Source of the DNA: Abditibacteriaceae bacterium
GTDB taxonomy: Bacteria > Armatimonadota > Abditibacteriia > Abditibacteriales > Abditibacteriaceae
Direction of reading: 5' to 3'
Length of the DNA: 19,494 nucleotides
Assembly: GCA_031372065.1 (NCBI GenBank)
Contig: JANMKN010000057.1
Span: 1 to 19,494, forward strand
This document shows, in pieces, positions 16,374-19,494 of this stretch. The first letter of the stretch is position 1; each line of letters starts with the position of its first letter. A program made the translations under genes and the position numbers. The notes beneath the pieces are model-generated. The model saw nothing but the letters and a program-made list of their open reading frames with translations, ran no database searches and was not told where the DNA came from.

Positions 16374-16848
16374 GGTCTGTTTCACTTTCCCTTTGCAGGG
16401 GGCGCTTCATTATTGTTTCGACTGTGCCATATATCAAGCCCTGAACACCCTCTGGCGTGCTATGTTCAATATCATACCAATGTCCAAGTTTGCTTGTCCA
16501 ACTTCCGTCTTTCTGTTGTCGCGCCGCATGAGTCGGCAGACCATTCTGCCCCACATAAATGGCTATTTTTTCAAAGCCTATTTCCAACTCAGCCGATTCA
16601 GCCAATTCGCATTTTTGATACCCAAGTGAAGCAAACATTTCCTCAAAACCCTCTATCTTAGGGTTTCTGTTCTGGATAGGCCAATACCCTCTGCCATTTA
16701 TTTGAATAGGCCACCACCAATCATTATTGGCGCCAGCAGCATGGGCAATGCAATTGTAAACAGCGTCTTCCGCACTGGTTGTATAACCACCAGATTTTTC
16801 AAGATAGGGAAAGACTGCGATAATCTCTGGTTTGAGTTCCTCTCGCAT
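16348..16848 (-). CDS. Hypothetical protein with putative Cys/His papain-like active site (DUF7689-like), IS passenger
   Basis: YNCIAHA, WWWP...YWP, EKIAIY, PTHAARQ, GSWTSKLG..DIEH. Starts 1 nt after the upstream stop. The family name is from recollection and needs an HMM check. Confidence 0.75.
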   Translation of the reverse strand: MREELKPEIIAVFPYLEKSGGYTTSAEDAVYNCIAHAAGANNDWWWPIQINGRGYWPIQNRNPKIEGFEEMFASLGYQKCELAESAELEIGFEKIAIYVGQNGLPTHAARQQKDGSWTSKLGHWYDIEHSTPEGVQGLIYGTVETIMKRPLQRESETDHEQENHSS

Positions 16849-16849
16849 T

Positions 16850-17371
16850 TTATGACGTGTAGCCTTTCTCTCTACCCCATTGAAGCCATGCTTCTTTCAT
16901 CTCGCTGAAACTTTGCCCTTCTGTTGTAGGAGGGCATTCGCGCGAGATATATTCCAGCGCCCAAAACCAATGTGCAGGACGCTCTTGCAACTCTTTTAGT
17001 ATCAAGGGGATAGCGACTGGCCCTAAACCAATAATCATCTGATAGGCGGGGTGCATCACCACAACGCCCAAATCTGAAAGAAAAATGGTTTCGCTGCGCC
17101 ACTTAGCCACAAGTCGTTGAAAAACCTCGCTCATTTCATTACCACCTTGCCCCTTCTCATCAACATCCTCTCCGTCTTCAGGCAGCCCAACGGGGACATC
17201 GGAACTTGTTGATTTTCCTGACTCAACAAGTGCAGCAGGTGTAGCCACGCCGCCTACTTCTGGACTTTCAGGCAGGAGAAGAACGTTTGCAAATGCTCCC
17301 ATTCCTTCTAAGGCCCACATGAAGTTTTCCACAGTAGTCGAATCGTGTTCTACGGATGATGAATCACTCAT
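16850..17371 (-). CDS. Hypothetical protein: acidic disordered N-half plus Trp-rich helical C-domain, IS passenger
   Basis: C-domain FQRLVAKWRSET..HPAYQMIIGLGPVAIPLILKEL..HWFWAL..AWLQWGREKGY. ATGAGTGA overlap with the upstream ORF. Confidence 0.78.
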   Translation of the reverse strand: MSDSSSVEHDSTTVENFMWALEGMGAFANVLLLPESPEVGGVATPAALVESGKSTSSDVPVGLPEDGEDVDEKGQGGNEMSEVFQRLVAKWRSETIFLSDLGVVVMHPAYQMIIGLGPVAIPLILKELQERPAHWFWALEYISRECPPTTEGQSFSEMKEAWLQWGREKGYTS

Positions 17372-17852
17372 TGGTTTTTCCCTCTTGTAGCTCGTTGTCC
17401 TTTGCAGATACCGTGACTGTCTTTAATTCGCCTTTTTCTATCTTGCCTTGCAGGTCTTCCGCAAGACGAATCTTTTCTTCAAGCCATTTTTGCAATGCCT
17501 TAGCAGTTTCAATGTTAAGCACAACATCAACCTCCAACTCACGAGTTATGCCAACCTTACCTTGCCTTGTTTCGATTGCTTTTCCGTCTTCTGTCACCTC
17601 AAGTTCGGTGGACTGCGGGATAGCGTTTCTCTCATTGAAAAACGTCATCTGAATGTTTCTATGTGACGTTAATCCTCCCCAAACTCCGTCGCAATGAACC
17701 ACGCGAAAGAAATTGCTTTTGATGAAGTGATACTTAATTTTTTTGCGCCCTTTTGTTAGTTTGGGCAGTTGGACTCCTCCAACATTTGCCTGTGACTCGG
17801 AACTCATCATGTTTATCTTTGCCGTGCCCTTCTTTTCGGCCCTCGTCGGCAA
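17364..17852 (-). CDS. Hypothetical protein (possibly DUF3467-like beta-rich fold), IS passenger
   Basis: FIKSNFFRVVHCDGVWGG..IQMTFFNER..ITRELEVDVVL..AKALQKWLEEKI. The TTG start lies 5 nt after the transposase stop; ATG 17810 is an alternative. Confidence 0.75.
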   Translation of the reverse strand: MPTRAEKKGTAKINMMSSESQANVGGVQLPKLTKGRKKIKYHFIKSNFFRVVHCDGVWGGLTSHRNIQMTFFNERNAIPQSTELEVTEDGKAIETRQGKVGITRELEVDVVLNIETAKALQKWLEEKIRLAEDLQGKIEKGELKTVTVSAKDNELQEGKTNE

Positions 17853-17857
17853 CCCTT

Positions 17858-18847
17858 TCAGTCAGGACTTTTCTCGGTTAATTGCCCGTAGGTCAACCGG
17901 CGTCCTACCACAGATTTTAAGACTTTTTCAAAGCGTTGTGCGTCGTTTCCTTTTCGTTCATTGAATCGAAAAGACTGCTCGTCAAGGTAGCGGGAAAGGT
18001 GTTCTGCATTTACGCTAACGTAAGTGCCCTTTAGAGTGCGTTTGAGCAGAGTCCAGAAGTTCTCAAGGTTGTTAGTGTGAACGTTTCCCACAACGTATGC
18101 AACGGCATGGTCAACGCATTGGTGAACGTATTCAGGATTCAAACCTTGATAAGACGGGTTAGCGTCTGTCATCATTTCAGAGCCGACTTTGACAATGGCT
18201 TTAACCTCGCCTTGCAGCGTTTCTTTTGTTGTGTCGGGAACGTGCTTGACGTGAACCTTAGAGAGTTTGCGCTCTTTGTTTGTTTTGGTGCTGCCCTTGC
18301 CCTTGACTTTGGGTTCGCCGCGCTCCATAACGCCAATCACAATTTCTTTGCCACTGGCACCGCGCCCGCGAATTTTGGCCTCTCGCTTGTGCTTGTGCAT
18401 ATTGGCAGCCTTGCCACCGATAAACGTCTCATCGGCTTCAACCGTGCCGCCCATCTTTTCGATAGTGCCGTTATTCATGGCAAGGCGAATACGATGCAAC
18501 ATAAACCAAGCGGTCTTTTGGCATACGCCAATCGCACGATGTAATTCGTAAGAACTAATACCGTTTTTGGCACTGGCGATTAACCACATAGCGGGCAACC
18601 ACTTGTTAAAACCAATCGCACTATCTTCAAAGATAGTGCCGACTTTGGCGCTGAATTGCTTTTTGCAATCTAAGCACTTCCACATACGGCGCGTGCTAAG
18701 AAAGCTGATTCTTTTGGACTCGCAACATGGGCAAACAACGCCGTCCGGCCAGCGCATTTGCTTGATAAATTCAATGCAAGTGTCGGGGTCGGCAAAATAA
18801 ACCATTGCTTCACGAAGGGTTTGCGGATTGTCAGAAATGTGTTCCAT
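17858..18847 (-). CDS. IS1595-family DDE transposase
   Basis: Zn ribbon (RWPDGVVCPCC...WKCLDCKKQFS), GISSYEL..TAWFMLHRIR HTH, and catalytic VEADETFIGG, MTDANPSY, HTNNLENFWTLLKR, YLDEQSFRFN. Confidence 0.96.
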   Translation of the reverse strand: MEHISDNPQTLREAMVYFADPDTCIEFIKQMRWPDGVVCPCCESKRISFLSTRRMWKCLDCKKQFSAKVGTIFEDSAIGFNKWLPAMWLIASAKNGISSYELHRAIGVCQKTAWFMLHRIRLAMNNGTIEKMGGTVEADETFIGGKAANMHKHKREAKIRGRGASGKEIVIGVMERGEPKVKGKGSTKTNKERKLSKVHVKHVPDTTKETLQGEVKAIVKVGSEMMTDANPSYQGLNPEYVHQCVDHAVAYVVGNVHTNNLENFWTLLKRTLKGTYVSVNAEHLSRYLDEQSFRFNERKGNDAQRFEKVLKSVVGRRLTYGQLTEKSPD

Positions 18848-18900
18848 AGACTTGACTCACCTAATATTTTATATGATTTGGTCAGGTGAGTCAAGTCTAT
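18846..18900. repeat. 17-bp perfect inverted repeat (internal TIR copy) over the transposase RBS and start
   Basis: ATAGACTTGACTCACCT (18846-18862), 21 nt, then AGGTGAGTCAAGTCTAT (18884-18900). Confidence 0.92.
18866..18894 (-). promoter_or_regulatory. Sigma70-type transposase promoter
   Basis: Minus strand TTGACT (18894-18889), 17 bp, TAAAAT (18871-18866), followed by AGGTGA RBS and ATG at 18847. Confidence 0.8.
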
Positions 18901-18907
18901 TATTACC

Positions 18908-18915
18908 AATCCTTT
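18908..18915 (+). repeat. 8-bp target site duplication, right (AATCCTTT)
   Basis: Identical to 16118-16125. Confidence 0.95.
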
Positions 18916-19094
18916 CGTCTTACTATGTTTGGCGGTCAGTCGTGCCTCACTACTGAAAAGTCTAATTGGTTAAGGTTGTCCATAAGGCAAAAGAATTTTT
19001 TACGAAGATTTGCTGGAATCTGTGCGGCGCAGCATATATCCTTTAGGTATCGTGTCGAATTTAAAGCGTCATCATCGCACTCAGTAGGAACCTT

Positions 19095-19494
19095 GTGAAT
19101 CATAAATTTAATTTGTCTCAAATTTCTTCCCTTTCGTCTGCGCGCAAAGCCTTCCTGCGTCTGTGGACACCAATTTTCGCAATGATTTGCCTTGGTGCGT
19201 TTCTGTCGGGATGCCGCAATGCCGCGCCATTGCCGGAAGCCGTCGCCGCGCCCAAAGTGGCCGCGCTGCCGAAACCAACTCCCACGCCAACAGAAGTGCA
19301 AAGTGACGACGCCGTGCCGCGTTGGGCGCTCGGCAGGGACTTCAATCACGGCTACACCAAGGAAAAAGTCATCGCGCTCACCTTCGATGACGGCCCGTTT
19401 CCCACTTACACGCGCCAAGTGCTGGACATTCTGAAGAAAAACGACATCCGCGCCACATTTTTCATGATCGGCTCGATGGTGAAGGCTTACCCGA
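19095..19494 (+). CDS. Polysaccharide deacetylase (NodB/CE4) lipoprotein, truncated by window end
   Basis: Not in the ORF track. GTG at 19095 after AGGA. Lipobox-like FLSGC, Pro-rich linker, then [32 protein letters not shown]. Confidence 0.88.
   Translation, partial: MNHKFNLSQISSLSSARKAFLRLWTPIFAMICLGAFLSGCRNAAPLPEAVAAPKVAALPKPTPTPTEVQSDDAVPRWALGRDFNHGYTKEKVIALTFDDGPFPTYTRQVLDILKKNDIRATFFMIGSMVKAYP

Larger units (their letters stand above)
16126..18907 (-). mobile_element. Complete IS1595-family transporter IS (2782 bp) with four passenger ORFs
   Basis: Perfect 24-bp TIRs GGTAATAATAGACTTGACTCACCT (16126-16149 and, inverted, 18884-18907), an 8-bp TSD, an intact DDE transposase, and lower GC than the flanks. 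Confidence 0.96.

Noticed and set aside
18936..19418. 160-aa minus-strand ORF
   Set aside because: Shadow of the plus-strand polysaccharide deacetylase, which has clear CE4 motifs.

Overview
Bacterial chromosomal window with a moderate-GC backbone. The style is reminiscent of Armatimonadota/Abditibacteriota, but that is only an impression. Left to right it holds: (1) a + strand run of a partial ORF, an FG-GAP-repeat protein, a DUF3160 protein, a CapA-family metallophosphoesterase, a small membrane protein and a NupG/YegT-like nucleoside permease, closed by a terminator; (2) a ~370-bp non-coding stretch with a degenerate 20-bp-period repeat array; (3) a hen1 RNA 2'-O-methyltransferase with no pnkp beside it; (4) an AT-rich orphan gene bracketed by a 33-bp exact direct repeat that duplicates the start of the next (SGNH hydrolase) gene; (5) a convergent nucA/nuiA nuclease-inhibitor pair and a PAS-GAF-GGDEF cyclase; (6) a YHS-like protein, a small protein plus PhyH dioxygenase, an EF-hand sulfatase and an aldo/keto reductase; (7) a complete 2782-bp IS1595-family element (16126-18907) with perfect 24-bp TIRs and an 8-bp TSD, carrying four co-oriented passenger ORFs including a putative Cys/His papain-like enzyme; (8) the start of a lipoprotein polysaccharide deacetylase. 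The IS passenger module is the best candidate for an undescribed system (possible toxin-antitoxin or anti-phage unit).
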